A stretch of 64,000 bases of DNA from an uncultured Chloroflexia bacterium (GCA_963774265.1 CAVZDU010000001.1:672001-736000); one strand, 5' to 3'. Shown: positions 32,495 to 43,447, counted from the first letter of the stretch. The notes: generated from the letters alone by a model not told the origin. Numbers and translations are program-made.

Positions 32495-32562
32495 GAAGCA
32501 GAGCATCCTGAGCGAAGGTCGGCACTGTTTGCCGACCGGAGTCGAAGGACGCTCTGCGCTTC
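32495..32562. repeat. Intergenic palindromic element (CCTGAGCGAAG...GTCGAAGG type)
   Basis: Outer stem GCAGAGC/GCTCTGC, inner stem GGTCGGCA/TGCCGACC, purine-rich internal loop. Confidence 0.5.
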
Positions 32563-32620
32563 GTTGACGGATCCATTACGATTAAAGTATACTTCTCCCA
32601 CATTCAGGGAGGAGACGTCA

Positions 32621-33674
32621 ATGAAGACCTCAACCAGATGCTCCGTCCTCGCTCTCGTCCTTGCGATGGTTCTCGCCATCCTCTCAACCGCGGCCCGCCC
32701 CACAGAAGCAGTGTCGACCACTATCGTGATAAGTCAGGTGTATGGCGGCGGTGGCAACGTGGGCGCCACCTACACGCATGACTTTGTCGAGTTGTTCAAC
32801 CGTGGCACGGCCACCGAGTCGCTGGATGGCTGGTCGATTCAGTACGCCAGCTCGACCGGCTCCAGTAACTTCGGCGCAAGCGCCACCCAGATCACGCCGC
32901 TCAGCGGCTCCCTGGACCCGGGCCATTATCTGCTCGTTCAAGGCGCGTCGACGGCCGCGGTCGGTGCACCGCTGCCCATGCCCGATATCACGGATGAGAA
33001 TCCGATCACGTTGTCGGGAACGACGGGGAAGGTGGCCCTGGCGACCACTGCTGAGTCTCTCGGCTGCAACGGCGGATCCACGCCCTGCACGCCTGCGCAG
33101 CTTGCCTTGATCGTGGACCTGGTGGGCTATGGTACGGCGAACTTCTTCGAGGGAAGTGTTGCGCCTGCGCCGAGTAACACCACCTCGATCTCGCGGTGTG
33201 ACGAATGGCTGCACCGACACCGACGACAACGGTGCCGACTTCGCGACAGGTGCGCCCGCACCGCGCAGCACCGCGTCGCCGATCACGAGCTGCTCCGTTG
33301 TGGACGCGGGTCCGACAGTCATCTCCACCGTTCCCGCTGATAGCGCCGTTGGCGTGGCGCCCGACGCCGACATTTCCGTCACCTTCAGCGAACCCGTGGA
33401 CGTGACCGGCGCCTGGTTCGACCTGGCCTGCAGCCTCAGCGGTTCGCATACGGCGGGCGTCAGCGGCGGCCCGCTGGTCTTCGTTCTCGATCCCCCTGCG
33501 AGCTTCGTGGACGGCGATGCGTGCACCCTGACAATCTTGGCAGCCATGGTCATAGACCAGGACTCGAATGACCCGCCGGACAACATGGAGGCGAATTTCG
33601 TGGCCGGATTCAGCGTGAGCGCTCCGCACCTGATGAAGTTTGCCTTCATCCCCTACGTTATCGCGTCTCAGTAA
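32621..33674 (+). CDS. Secreted lamin-tail-domain + Ig-like (Big_5) protein; indel near 33198
   Basis: Signal peptide; [18 protein letters not shown] (LTD); [18 protein letters not shown] (Big_5); ends [11 protein letters not shown]; promoter TTGACG-18-TATACT at 32564-32593. Confidence 0.78.
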
Positions 33675-34713
33675 TCTTATGCAGCGCTCGCGGCCGGTCG
33701 GGGTCCAGGTCGCGCGAGTTGGCAAGGTGCATGGCGAGCAACTGGCCCGGCACGATTGCACAAAGGGGTGAAAGCCATTCGGGGACACCGCGGGGCAGCG
33801 TAAGGGCCACCCGGCCGAGCGCAAGCGCCTCGTCATCATCGCTGATCACAATCAGTTCGGCCCCTCGCTCTTTGGCCGTCCCCATGAAGCTCTTCAGCTC
33901 GGGCAGCATTGTCCCGGAAGGGGCAATGACGATGACCGGAAAACCCGGTGCGATCACTGCCAGCGGACCGTGCAGGAAATCGGCGCTGGAGTACGGCTCG
34001 ACGACGGTGTAGGTCATCTCCTTTAGTTTCAGCGCGAGCTCGAAGGCGGTGGAATAGTTATAACCCCGACCGATGGTGACACACGACTGCATGTAGCGGT
34101 AGCGCTCCGCAATGCCATCGAGCGCGCTGTTCATCATCAATGCCTGGCGCACCTGTCCTGAAATGGCCTCCAGGGCCTCGCTCTGCCGCCGATCGCCGCT
34201 CAGTGCGACGCTCAGCAGCGCGATCGCTCCCAGCTCTGCCGTGTAGGTCTTGGTGGCCGCCACGGCTTTTTCTTCGCCGGCGTGCAGGTCGATCCCGAAT
34301 TCGGCCGCCTGGCCCAGATCGGACCCCGAGAAGTTCGTGATCGCTGCGGTCAAAGCTCCCTGGCGTCTCGCCTCGCTCACCACCGAAACGATATCCGGGC
34401 TCTTGCCGCTCTGGCTGATCCCCAGCACCAGCGCATGGGGTCCGAAGTTCGGCGGCGCGTCGTAGATCGTGAACAGGCTGGGTGTGGCCAGTCCGACGTA
34501 CAGCCGGTTGACCGACCCCAGCAGATACTGGGCATAGCGACCTGCGTTGTCGCTCGTGCCGCGCGCAGCGATCACAACGTATTGGATCTCACGCCGCTTC
34601 ATCTCGGACGCCAGCGCTTCCGCTGCATCGCGTTCGGCTTGGTAGAGTCGAGCCAGCACGTCCGGCTGCTCGTGGATCTCCTGGTGCACGTAGGTGGTTT
34701 GTAGTTCAATCAT
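33658..34713 (-). CDS. SIS-domain sugar-phosphate isomerase/deaminase (GlmS isomerase-like)
   Basis: [37 protein letters not shown]. Confidence 0.88.
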   Translation of the reverse strand: MIELQTTYVHQEIHEQPDVLARLYQAERDAAEALASEMKRREIQYVVIAARGTSDNAGRYAQYLLGSVNRLYVGLATPSLFTIYDAPPNFGPHALVLGISQSGKSPDIVSVVSEARRQGALTAAITNFSGSDLGQAAEFGIDLHAGEEKAVAATKTYTAELGAIALLSVALSGDRRQSEALEAISGQVRQALMMNSALDGIAERYRYMQSCVTIGRGYNYSTAFELALKLKEMTYTVVEPYSSADFLHGPLAVIAPGFPVIVIAPSGTMLPELKSFMGTAKERGAELIVISDDDEALALGRVALTLPRGVPEWLSPLCAIVPGQLLAMHLANSRDLDPDRPRALHKITETR

Positions 34714-34738
34714 GGGTGCCTCGCTGCCTGTCTGTAGC

Positions 34739-36130
34739 CTATGCTCGTCGTAAGGGCGGCAGGCTGGCCGCCGCGATCGATTGCCCGACGCGACGGCTCT
34801 TCTCGTCTGGCAACTGGATGTTGATGGCCGCGGCAATCTCGGGAAACTCGGCTGCCCATACCGCCTTAGCGCCGTCCAGGATCAGGTTGCCGCCACGACC
34901 CGAGGTGACCCTGCCCAGGATCAATACGTGCTTGAGGTCGTAGAAACTGGCGTAGTGGGCCAGCCCGTACCCGAGATAGATGCCGATGCTCTCCCAGATC
35001 TGTTGCGCGCCGGCATGACCCGCTTCGAGGTAGTTCTGGACATGCTTCAGCTTCTCGGCCTTGGTGGCGCCCTCGGGCAAATCAATGCCCACGCGGGGCG
35101 CCAGGCGGAAGACGCACTGCTGCGAGAAGTATTGCGATCCCACGCCGATGTCGCCCGACCATTCGTCCGCGGGTGCGGCCGGGTTGTAGTCGACGGGCGC
35201 GAAGGCGAGTTCGTTCAGCCAGCCGGTGATTGATCCGTGCAGGTCCACGTACCCCGCGGCCTCGCTGGAGCCCAGCGCCATGCCCAACACGCCATCATCT
35301 TCCAGCGACATGGCGCCGGCCAGCGCAGTCACGTCGCCGTCATTGATCACTTCGAGCGGCGCCCCGAACTCGTCCCGGAGCCGCAGGAACATGGTGCGGA
35401 TTTCACCGTAGCGCTCGGCAGGCACGCCGCGAAAAAGCGAGGCCACCATGGGCTGGTTGTCCACGTAGATGCCCGCGGAGCTGCCGCCGATGGCATCGAG
35501 CCGTGTCAGTTTCGACTGGGCCAACTGTAACGCAGCGCGGATTCGGGAATAGTGATAGTTTGGATCCGCCTGTTCGACAGGTTCCCAGACGATCTCCTCG
35601 CTGAAGATCGGTTCACCGTCGACCACGGCCGACACTTTCAGATCGGATGCACCCAGATCGAAACCGATGCGGCAGCCGTCGAGATGACGGCCCAACGCCT
35701 GGCCGCCCTCCCGGGCCGGAGGAACCTCGTCGGCTGTGCACGGGACCACCGTGAATGGCCGTTGGTAGACCTGTTCGCCCAGGAAGCGGTAGTCGAACTG
35801 CCGTACGCCGTTTGGGGCGTAGACCCCGGTGATATGCTCGCCGATCGCCTGTGGGCCGCCGACAAAGAGCTGCCACCCTCCGCGTGCCCAGAGCAAGAAC
35901 TTGACCAGGCGCTCGACATGCTGCAGGTTGGCAGTGAAACGCGGGTGTCCTTGGGGGAAGACCCGCGTCGCAAAGCGTGACAGTTCGCCGTTAGCTCGTT
36001 CTAACCCCAGCACCAGGGGAGCGCCCCCGCCAGCCGCCGCGACCTCCGCGTTGAACGCGCGAATCGCCAGGACTGCCGGCCGGAAATCGGGGTCCAATGG
36101 TGGGGTGAAGCGCGGTTGGGGAAGAATCAT
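34739..36130 (-). CDS. ROK-family sugar kinase with N-terminal extension
   Basis: [27 protein letters not shown]; adjacent to the SIS gene. Confidence 0.75.
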   Translation of the reverse strand: MILPQPRFTPPLDPDFRPAVLAIRAFNAEVAAAGGGAPLVLGLERANGELSRFATRVFPQGHPRFTANLQHVERLVKFLLWARGGWQLFVGGPQAIGEHITGVYAPNGVRQFDYRFLGEQVYQRPFTVVPCTADEVPPAREGGQALGRHLDGCRIGFDLGASDLKVSAVVDGEPIFSEEIVWEPVEQADPNYHYSRIRAALQLAQSKLTRLDAIGGSSAGIYVDNQPMVASLFRGVPAERYGEIRTMFLRLRDEFGAPLEVINDGDVTALAGAMSLEDDGVLGMALGSSEAAGYVDLHGSITGWLNELAFAPVDYNPAAPADEWSGDIGVGSQYFSQQCVFRLAPRVGIDLPEGATKAEKLKHVQNYLEAGHAGAQQIWESIGIYLGYGLAHYASFYDLKHVLILGRVTSGRGGNLILDGAKAVWAAEFPEIAAAINIQLPDEKSRRVGQSIAAASLPPLRRA

Positions 36131-36225
36131 GGATGTCAACTCTGCAACTCCGTCATCAGCTTCCAGCATATCCCTAAACAGTGGCTATCCGGGCCGTTTG
36201 TTCGCTGGCCGCCCGCCGCCGGAAT

Positions 36226-36252
36226 CAAAAAGCCCCCTATCTCAGAGGGCTT
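36226..36252 (-). terminator. Intrinsic terminator after obgE-nadD
   Basis: Minus strand AAGCCCTCT-GAGAT-AGGGGGCTT followed by TTTGATT. Confidence 0.6.
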
Positions 36253-36272
36253 CGCTTTCGGACCAGTGATCT

Positions 36273-36911
36273 CTAGGCCCTGGCGCTCGACCGGTACAAT
36301 CTGCGTTCCTCGATGTACATACGCACCGGCTCCGTCACCATATACCGGATGCTGCGGCCCTTGCCCACTCGCTCGCGTAGGTCGTGCGATGCGATCTCAA
36401 GCTCCGGCATATCCAACAGCGTCACCCGCTGGCGGACTCCGGGCAGCTTCTCCTCCAGGGTGTCCCAATGGATCGGGATGTCGGGCCGGGTGAGCGCCAC
36501 CAGGTGCGCGGTGCGGATGAGTTGTGCGGGCTCGCGCCACTTTGGCAGATCGCGCAGGCTGTCGAAGCCCATCAGGAAGAATAGCTCCGCATCGGGCGGC
36601 AACTGGTCCCGCACGAGCTTCACCAGGTCGATCGTGTAGTGGGGACCGGGCCGGTCCGCATCGACGCGGGAGAGTCGGAAGCACGGGTTGTCGGCGATGG
36701 CCAGCTCGGTCATGCGCACGCGATCCGCCACCGGCGTCATCGCCAGGTCGAGCTTGTGCGGCGGCTGGCCGGCGGGCGCCAGATGCACCTCCGACAGCCC
36801 AAGCTGATCGCGTGCTTCCTCGGCCAACAGCAGATGGCCTATGTGTGGCGGATCGAAGCTGCCGCCCAGCAGTCCCACGCGCAACGTGCGCGACGCGGGC
36901 CGTGCGCTCAT
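36273..36911 (-). CDS. nadD: Nicotinate-nucleotide adenylyltransferase
   Basis: GGSFDPPHIGH, PPHK, LMGFDS, IASHDLR. Confidence 0.93.
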   Translation of the reverse strand: MSARPASRTLRVGLLGGSFDPPHIGHLLLAEEARDQLGLSEVHLAPAGQPPHKLDLAMTPVADRVRMTELAIADNPCFRLSRVDADRPGPHYTIDLVKLVRDQLPPDAELFFLMGFDSLRDLPKWREPAQLIRTAHLVALTRPDIPIHWDTLEEKLPGVRQRVTLLDMPELEIASHDLRERVGKGRSIRYMVTEPVRMYIEERRLYRSSARA

Positions 36912-36912
36912 C

Positions 36913-38181
36913 TCAGTCGCTCCACTCGAGCTCCTTGTCTCCGATGCGCACCGTGTCGCCGACCTCGACCCCGCGTTGTACTAGTGCATCCGTGATTCCG
37001 AGCGCCTTCATGATCCGTTGGAACCGCATCACGGCATCGTAGTACTCCCAGCGCGTCATCTTCACGATGCGCTCGATGCGCCGGCCGCGGACGCGCCACG
37101 TGCCGTCCATGTCGTGCTCGATGGAGAAGCTCATGTCCTCTTCGCGCGTCGGCGGCGACAGTGGCTGCACATCTCCCAACTTGGGTGGTGGGGGCAGCTC
37201 AGCAAGGGTGTCGGCTGCGCGGCGCAACAACGCCTGCACCCCCTCGCCCGATACCGCCGAGATCGCCATTGGTTCGGGCACGCCTCTCTGTTTCAGCCCA
37301 GCCGCCAGCGTCGGCCAGCGCACCTGAACGTCTGACAGATCCATCTTGTTCACCACGACGATCTGAGGTTTCTCGGCCAGCAGCGTGTTGAACAACTGGA
37401 GTTCCTGGTTGATGACTCCATAATCCCCCAGGGGGTCGGGGCTCATGCCATCCAGTAGATGGACAACCAGCCGCGTGCGCTCGATGTGGCGTAGAAATTT
37501 CAGGCCGAGCCCTACACCGTCGTGCGCGCCCTCAATCAGCCCGGGGATATCGGCCCACACCATATCGCGGTTGTCGATCAGCACCGTGCCCAAACTTGGC
37601 TCCAGCGTGGTGAAGGGGTAATCCGCGATCTTCGGCCGCGCAGCGCTGATCCGGCTCAGCAGCGTCGATTTCCCTGCATTCGGGATGCCCACGATTCCGA
37701 CGTCGGCCAGCAACTTCAACTCCAGCCGTAAGGCGCGCTCCTCGCCCGGCTCACCGTTTTCCGCAATGCGCGGGGCCTGTTGGACAGGCGAGCGGAACGT
37801 CCAGTTGCCGCGGCCGCCGCGACCTGCGCTCGCCACCAGCACGCGTTGGCCTGGTTCGGTGAGGTCAGCCACCAGCATGCCGCTTTCGGTCTCATAGGCC
37901 ACTGTGCCCACGGGGACCTTGATGATCAGGTCCTCGCCGCTCGCGCCGGTTTGGTTTTTCCCGCTGCCGTGACTGCCGTCTGTAGCCTTGAAGTACATCT
38001 TGTGGGTGAACGCAATAAGGGTGTTCGCCTGCGTGTCCGCCTCCAGATACACGTCCCCGCCTTTTCCGCCGTTGCCCCCACTGGGACCGCCGCGCGGGAC
38101 GTGTGCCTCGCGCCGAAATGCGACCGCGCCATTTCCGCCGTCGCCTGCTTTAACGTTGATCCTGGCTTCATCGATAAACAT
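36913..38181 (-). CDS. obgE: GTPase ObgE/CgtA
   Basis: MFIDEA..AGDGGNG, GIPNAGKST, DYPFTT, DIPG, NKMD, C-terminal DUF1967. Confidence 0.96.
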   Translation of the reverse strand: MFIDEARINVKAGDGGNGAVAFRREAHVPRGGPSGGNGGKGGDVYLEADTQANTLIAFTHKMYFKATDGSHGSGKNQTGASGEDLIIKVPVGTVAYETESGMLVADLTEPGQRVLVASAGRGGRGNWTFRSPVQQAPRIAENGEPGEERALRLELKLLADVGIVGIPNAGKSTLLSRISAARPKIADYPFTTLEPSLGTVLIDNRDMVWADIPGLIEGAHDGVGLGLKFLRHIERTRLVVHLLDGMSPDPLGDYGVINQELQLFNTLLAEKPQIVVVNKMDLSDVQVRWPTLAAGLKQRGVPEPMAISAVSGEGVQALLRRAADTLAELPPPPKLGDVQPLSPPTREEDMSFSIEHDMDGTWRVRGRRIERIVKMTRWEYYDAVMRFQRIMKALGITDALVQRGVEVGDTVRIGDKELEWSD

Positions 38182-38187
38182 GATGAG

Positions 38188-38216
38188 AGAATACACGCGT
38201 TGACAAGCCCTGTCAA
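38188..38216 (-). promoter_or_regulatory. sigma70 promoter of obgE (probably leaderless)
   Basis: Minus strand TTGACA-17-TATTCT, 6 nt before ATG 38181, no SD sequence. Confidence 0.6.
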
Positions 38217-38328
38217 AGCATCGCGCTTACACACTTCTAACATTTGTCCAATGCGGTTCTAACGTCCGTCTCCTATCATGGTGAATGTAAGCAATGTATT
38301 GAATTGAAAGCGATAGGAGGGATATCGT

Positions 38329-38784
38329 ATGGCAAATCTAGTGCGTTTGGAGCCGGCTCGCGAAATGTTGAGCCTGCGCGAAGCCATGGATCGGCTTTTT
38401 GAGGAGAGCTTCCTGCGACCCGGTTCGTTCGGCGTTGGCGATTCTGCCGCCGCCGTGCTGCCGCTGGACATGTACGAGACCGAAAACGACGTCGTCGTCA
38501 AGGCGGCCATTCCGGGTGTCCAGCCGGAAGACATCGAAGTCACCGTGACGGGCGATCTGCTCAGCATCAAGGGCGAGTTCCGGTCCGAAACCGAGCAGAA
38601 AGACGAGAAGCGCAATTACCATCGGCAAGAGCGCCGCTACGGGAGCTTCTCCCGGCAGGTTACCTTGCCGTCGGGGGTCAACGCGGATGCGTGCGCCGCT
38701 GACTTTGAGAACGGGGTCCTGACCCTGAAGCTGCCCAAGGTCGAAGAGGCCAGGGTTAAGAAAGTTCAGATTCAGAGCAAGTAA
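38329..38784 (+). CDS. Hsp20/alpha-crystallin small heat-shock protein
   Basis: LREAMDRLFE, ERRYGSFSRQVTLP, ENGVLTLKLPK, KVQIQ. Confidence 0.93.
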   Translation: MANLVRLEPAREMLSLREAMDRLFEESFLRPGSFGVGDSAAAVLPLDMYETENDVVVKAAIPGVQPEDIEVTVTGDLLSIKGEFRSETEQKDEKRNYHRQERRYGSFSRQVTLPSGVNADACAADFENGVLTLKLPKVEEARVKKVQIQSK

Positions 38785-38799
38785 CGGAGGATTGAAGAG

Positions 38800-39261
38800 A
38801 TGGCTGAGATGACACGTTGGGATCCATTCCGCGAGGCAGTGACGTTGCGTGAGGCGATGGATCGCCTTTTTGAGGATAGCTATACACCCGCGCGTCGCAG
38901 CGATCAGGCGGCTGCGCAAGTCTGGCGGCTGCCGCTAGACGCCTATGTAACGGCTGAGGAAATCATCGTTCTGGCCAACATGCCAGGCGTCAAGCCGGAA
39001 GAGGTCGAGATCACGATCGAGGGCGACACCCTCACCATTCGCGGCGAGCGTCCGATGCCCATCGAAAATGTCAACTATGTGATGCAGGAGCGCACGTTCG
39101 GAAAGTTCCAGCGCACGCTCAACATCAATATCCCAGTAGACGCTAACCGGGCCGAAGCTCGTTACGACAACGGGCTGTTGACCCTGGTCATTCCGAAGGC
39201 CGAAGCTGCCAAGCCGAAAGTGATTCAGGTAGCGACAAAGCAAGCACAGCCGGCAGCGTAA
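38800..39261 (+). CDS. Second Hsp20 (tandem paralog)
   Basis: WDPFRE..LREAMDRLFE, ERTFGKFQR, DNGLLTLVIPK. Confidence 0.93.
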   Translation: MAEMTRWDPFREAVTLREAMDRLFEDSYTPARRSDQAAAQVWRLPLDAYVTAEEIIVLANMPGVKPEEVEITIEGDTLTIRGERPMPIENVNYVMQERTFGKFQRTLNINIPVDANRAEARYDNGLLTLVIPKAEAAKPKVIQVATKQAQPAA

Positions 39262-39303
39262 GTGGATAGACAGTAGTGATCAGAGGTTGAGTTGACTACA
39301 CAG

Positions 39304-39341
39304 TAAGACGAGGGCCGTTCAGACCCTCGTCTTGCTATTTT
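39304..39341. terminator. Terminator between convergent hsp20 and thioesterase genes
   Basis: AAGACGAGGG...CCCTCGTCTT followed by GCTATTTT. Confidence 0.65.
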
Positions 39342-39798
39342 ACGGCCGTTCGATCCGTATTCCTTGTTTCGCTTCTATCATCTTAATGATCTCCTCCGGC
39401 ACTATCTGGCTTACGCCTGTTCGATAGTCATACCACACCTGCGTGCTGCATCCGTCGGCGAGCAGCCGGCCCGTCTTTTCATCTAGCATCCGGTACTCAA
39501 ATACGAAGCTCTTGCGCCCCACCTGCGACACCCAGGTCTCCACCACAGGTGTATCCTCCAGCGTCACCGGTGAGCGATAGTGACACGTGACTTCGGCCAG
39601 GATGAACTGAAAATCTACCGGCAGCATCGTTTGGCGATCGATCGGTGCGTCCGGTCCCAGTAGCTCCCGGATATAGGCCAGACGCGCGTGCTCGAAATAG
39701 GTGATGAAGACCGCATTGTTGACGTGGCCCAGCGCGTCCAGATCGCGCCAACGAATCTGCACGCGCACCCGAATTGGTGTGGGAACGACTTCAACCAT
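39340..39798 (-). CDS. Acyl-CoA thioesterase (4HBT/FadM hotdog fold)
   Basis: RWRDLDALGHVNNAVFITYFEHAR. Confidence 0.9.
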   Translation of the reverse strand: MVEVVPTPIRVRVQIRWRDLDALGHVNNAVFITYFEHARLAYIRELLGPDAPIDRQTMLPVDFQFILAEVTCHYRSPVTLEDTPVVETWVSQVGRKSFVFEYRMLDEKTGRLLADGCSTQVWYDYRTGVSQIVPEEIIKMIEAKQGIRIERP

Positions 39799-39924
39799 AA
39801 CAGCGTCTCCAAGCGTGAGGCGATAACGATAGCACGTTATCGCACGTTACTCGGCGCCTGTCAAAACCGGCGATTGTTTGGTAATTCACCCGGCCGCGTG
39901 ATAAAATGACTTGAAGGAGTCTGC

Positions 39925-40591
39925 ATGGATTTACGCGCCTATCTCAATATTCTGAAGCGTCGTGGCTGGATTATTCTTGTCACCGCAGTCCTTGCCATGG
40001 TCCTTGCCGGTGGCCTCAGCCTGATCCAAACCAAAACATACCGCGCCACCGCGCGGCATCAGCGCAGTCCCCGCGCGACCTGATTGGGGCCTGGGTTCCA
40101 GCGCTAAGGACCTTCTTCGCAACTTCGTGCTCAACATCAACACGCACGAAATGGCCAACGAAGTGATTTCGACCGCGCGGCTCGACATGAGTTCTTATGA
40201 CCTATTGGCCAAGCTCACCGTCAGCGCGGAGCCGGATAACTTCGCGATTCGCATCGACGCGGTGGATGAGGACCCCCAGGTGGCGACGAAGATTGTGCTC
40301 ACCCTGGGCGAATTGTTCGTCCGCGAGCGGACAGCGTACTACAACACGCAGGACAAGGCCAATCGTATCGAGGTTGTGCTCGTGGACACCGTCATCGATG
40401 CCCCGCTCTACCGCCCGAACATCAAGATGAACCTGATTGCGGGTTTCGCGCTCGGCGTGCTGATCGGCGCATTGATTGTCCTGGCTCTCGAATGGATGGC
40501 CGGTGACATCCTGGCCACCCCTGAGCATGTCCAACGGCTAACCGGTTTACCCGTGCTCGGCGTCATTCCGTCGAGCGGCAAACGTAACTGA
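39925..40591 (+). CDS. Wzz/CpsC/YveK-type polysaccharide co-polymerase; indel near 40055
   Basis: MDLRAYLNILKRRGWII start, Y-x-A-T motif, C-terminal PLYRPNIKMNL TM and LPVLGVIP. Confidence 0.8.
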
Positions 40592-40608
40592 GGTGTGAAG
40601 GAAACTCC

Positions 40609-41265
40609 ATGACTCTGAATCTGGCAACCCTGACCGCGCCCACCTCCCCTGTGGCTGAGGCCTATCGCCGTCTGCGAGTCAACCTGATGTCCGCCGGCAA
40701 AGGCGCGCCGCTTTGCACGATCCTGGTCGTCGCGGCCAGCGAATCCAAGGATAAGGCACTTGTGGTCGCCAACCTGGCCGTTGCCTTTGCCAAGGTCGGC
40801 AAGCGGGTCATTGTGGTTGATTGTGACCTGCGCCACCCCGCCCAGCACACGCTCTTCGGCCTCGGCACGAGTGCGGGCGTCACCACCGCGGTCAATGCCG
40901 AGCAGGCTCCCCTGCCCCTGCAAGCCACCGAGGTGGAGAACCTCTTCCTGCTCGCCGGTGGACCGAACGTGGAGGTGCCGTCCGATTTGCTCGCATCCCC
41001 GGCGATGGGCCGACTGGTGCATCGCCTGGAGGGCGAAGCAGACATCGTGCTATTTGATGCGCCACCTGTCACTGTGGCCACCGATGCTGCCGAGCTGGCG
41101 GTCCAGGTCGACGGCGTGCTTCTGACCGTGACCGCTGGCGTAACCAAGCGTGATGATGCCCAGCGAGCGAAGGAACTACTGGCCCAGGTGGGCGCTCGCG
41201 TGGTCGGTGTCGCCCTGGTGAACGCCGCGGCTGAGGCGGCGGTGCGCGACTACTTGGCCGCATAG
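40609..41265 (+). CDS. CpsD/CapB-like BY-kinase with degenerate Walker A
   Basis: SPVAEAYRRLRVNL, VDCDLRHP, LFDAPP; Walker A reads AASESKDKA. Confidence 0.8.
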   Translation: MTLNLATLTAPTSPVAEAYRRLRVNLMSAGKGAPLCTILVVAASESKDKALVVANLAVAFAKVGKRVIVVDCDLRHPAQHTLFGLGTSAGVTTAVNAEQAPLPLQATEVENLFLLAGGPNVEVPSDLLASPAMGRLVHRLEGEADIVLFDAPPVTVATDAAELAVQVDGVLLTVTAGVTKRDDAQRAKELLAQVGARVVGVALVNAAAEAAVRDYLAA

Positions 41266-41360
41266 TTGGTGTAAGGCAGATGCGCTGTCCACGGGGCGAT
41301 TCCCAGTCTGAGGGCGGGTTGGCATCAACTCGCCCTTTGCTTTGAGAGGTGATGCGACTT

Positions 41361-42410
41361 ATGAAGAACATCATGGTAACCGGCGGCGCTGGCTTTATCG
41401 GCTCGAACTTCGTCCGCTATATGCTGGAACAGCACCCGGACTATAAGATTCTCGTTTACGACAAACTGACCTACGCTGGCAACCCCGATAACCTGCTCGA
41501 TGTCAACGATAACCCTCGGTTCAGATTCGTCAAGGCCGACATCTGTGACGCGCAGGCGGTAGCTGACGCCATCACCGCGCATGGGATCGACACGATCGTC
41601 AATTTCGCCGCTGAAACCCATGTCGACCGTTCCATTATGGACCCCGATGCCTTCATCCAGACCGACGTCTACGGCACCTATGTCCTGTTGGAGGCCGCGC
41701 GCAAATTCGGGCTGGAGCGCTATCATCAGATTTCCACCGACGAGGTCTACGGCCACATCCACGGTGAGCACCGGTCGCTGGAGACCGACTCCGTGGCCCC
41801 TCGCAGCCCCTATGCGGCAAGCAAGACGAGTGGTGATCTGATGGCCATTGCCTATCATGTCACCTACGACCTGCCCGTGACCATCACCCGTGGTGCTAAC
41901 AACATCGGCCCGTACCAATACCCGGAGAAGGTCATCCCACTGTTTGTAACGAACGCTATTGATAACCTGTCCCTTCCGGTATACGGTGACGGGAAGCAGC
42001 GCCGCGACTACCAGTATGTTATGGATCACTGTGAGGGCATCGACGTGGTGCTGCATCGGGGTGCGCTGGGCGAGACTTACAACGTCGGCACCGGGGGCGA
42101 GATGGAGAACCTTCGCATGGTGGAGATCCTGCTCGATGAGTTGGGCAAGCCGGACTCACTGATTCAGCACGTGGAGGACCGGCCTGGCCACGACCGGCGC
42201 TATTGCCTGAACGTGGATAAGCTCAAGGCACTTGGTTGGGCTCCGCGCCACACCCATGAGGAGGCCATCCGCATCACCGTGCGGTGGTACGTTCAAAACG
42301 AATGGTGGTGGCGCAAGATCAAGTCAGGGGAATTCAAGGAGTACTACAAGCGGCTCTACGGCGATCGCAAAGTCATCCATCCATCATCCCAAAGAGACGG
42401 TGCCCAATAA
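41361..42410 (+). CDS. rfbB: dTDP-glucose 4,6-dehydratase
   Basis: VTGGAGFIGSNF, DKLTYAGN, AAETHVDRS, STDEVYG, PYAASK, DRPGHDRRY. Confidence 0.95.
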   Translation: MKNIMVTGGAGFIGSNFVRYMLEQHPDYKILVYDKLTYAGNPDNLLDVNDNPRFRFVKADICDAQAVADAITAHGIDTIVNFAAETHVDRSIMDPDAFIQTDVYGTYVLLEAARKFGLERYHQISTDEVYGHIHGEHRSLETDSVAPRSPYAASKTSGDLMAIAYHVTYDLPVTITRGANNIGPYQYPEKVIPLFVTNAIDNLSLPVYGDGKQRRDYQYVMDHCEGIDVVLHRGALGETYNVGTGGEMENLRMVEILLDELGKPDSLIQHVEDRPGHDRRYCLNVDKLKALGWAPRHTHEEAIRITVRWYVQNEWWWRKIKSGEFKEYYKRLYGDRKVIHPSSQRDGAQ

Positions 42411-42435
42411 TCGTCAGGGGAGGCGTGCCTTGTCT

Positions 42436-43395
42436 ATGAAGATGTATGGCGATCTGATGGTCTTCAGTGGCACCGCGAACGCGCACCTGGCGCACGCGGC
42501 TGCGGCGCGCCTTGGGGCCTCGCTGGGTGGGGCCGATATCGTGCAATTTCCCAACAGCAACACCTTCGTGCGGCTGCATCAAAGCGTGCGCGCCAAAGAC
42601 GTTTTTATCATTCAACCCACGGCTGCGCCTACCAATGAAAACCTGATGGAGTTGTTGATCTTCATCGACACACTACGCCGCGACTCTGCAGGCCGGATTA
42701 CAGCGGTCGTACCCTACTACGGATATGGCCGGACTGACAAGAAAGATCAACCACGCGTGCCCATCACGGCGCGTCTGGTGGCTGACTTGATCGCCGTAGC
42801 GGGCGCGGATCGCTTCGTCACTATAGATTTGCACGCCAAGCAGATCCAGGGCTTTTTCTCGATTCCGTGCGATGAGTTGCCGGCGTTGAGCCTGTTCGTA
42901 GAGCACTTTCGCAATCACCCGGTGCCAAATGCCGTCGTTGTCTCACCCGACATCGGCGCGTTGCGCCGGGCGCGCAACTTCGCGGAGCAGCTGGAATTAC
43001 CTCTCGCGGTCATCGAGAAGCGGCGTTCGCTCGACGGCAACCGAACCGAAACGCTCAATATCATCGGCGACATTGAAGATAAACACGTCATTCTGGTCGA
43101 TGATGAGATCGATACAGCGGGCACCCTGGTGCGTGCCGCCAGCTACATTCGGGATCAGGGCGCGCTTGACATCGTCGCCTGCGCCACCCATCCCGTGCTT
43201 TCTGAGCCGGCTGTCGACCGGATTCGCGAGAGCGTACTGAGCGAGGTCATATTCTGCGACACCATCGCCATTTCCCAAGACAAATGCCGGCGCAGTGGGG
43301 GTAAGATATCTATACTCCCCGTCGCCCCGCTCCTCGCCGATGTCATGCAGCGTATCCATGAGGGGCGCTCGGTCGGCGAGCTATTCGACGAATAA
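42436..43395 (+). CDS. prs: Ribose-phosphate pyrophosphokinase
   Basis: [37 protein letters not shown]. Confidence 0.93.
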   Translation: MKMYGDLMVFSGTANAHLAHAAAARLGASLGGADIVQFPNSNTFVRLHQSVRAKDVFIIQPTAAPTNENLMELLIFIDTLRRDSAGRITAVVPYYGYGRTDKKDQPRVPITARLVADLIAVAGADRFVTIDLHAKQIQGFFSIPCDELPALSLFVEHFRNHPVPNAVVVSPDIGALRRARNFAEQLELPLAVIEKRRSLDGNRTETLNIIGDIEDKHVILVDDEIDTAGTLVRAASYIRDQGALDIVACATHPVLSEPAVDRIRESVLSEVIFCDTIAISQDKCRRSGGKISILPVAPLLADVMQRIHEGRSVGELFDE

Positions 43396-43447
43396 CGTAC
43401 TCAAGGGCGGGCAAGACCGCTCTGGCCCTAGAAACGGAACAACAACT

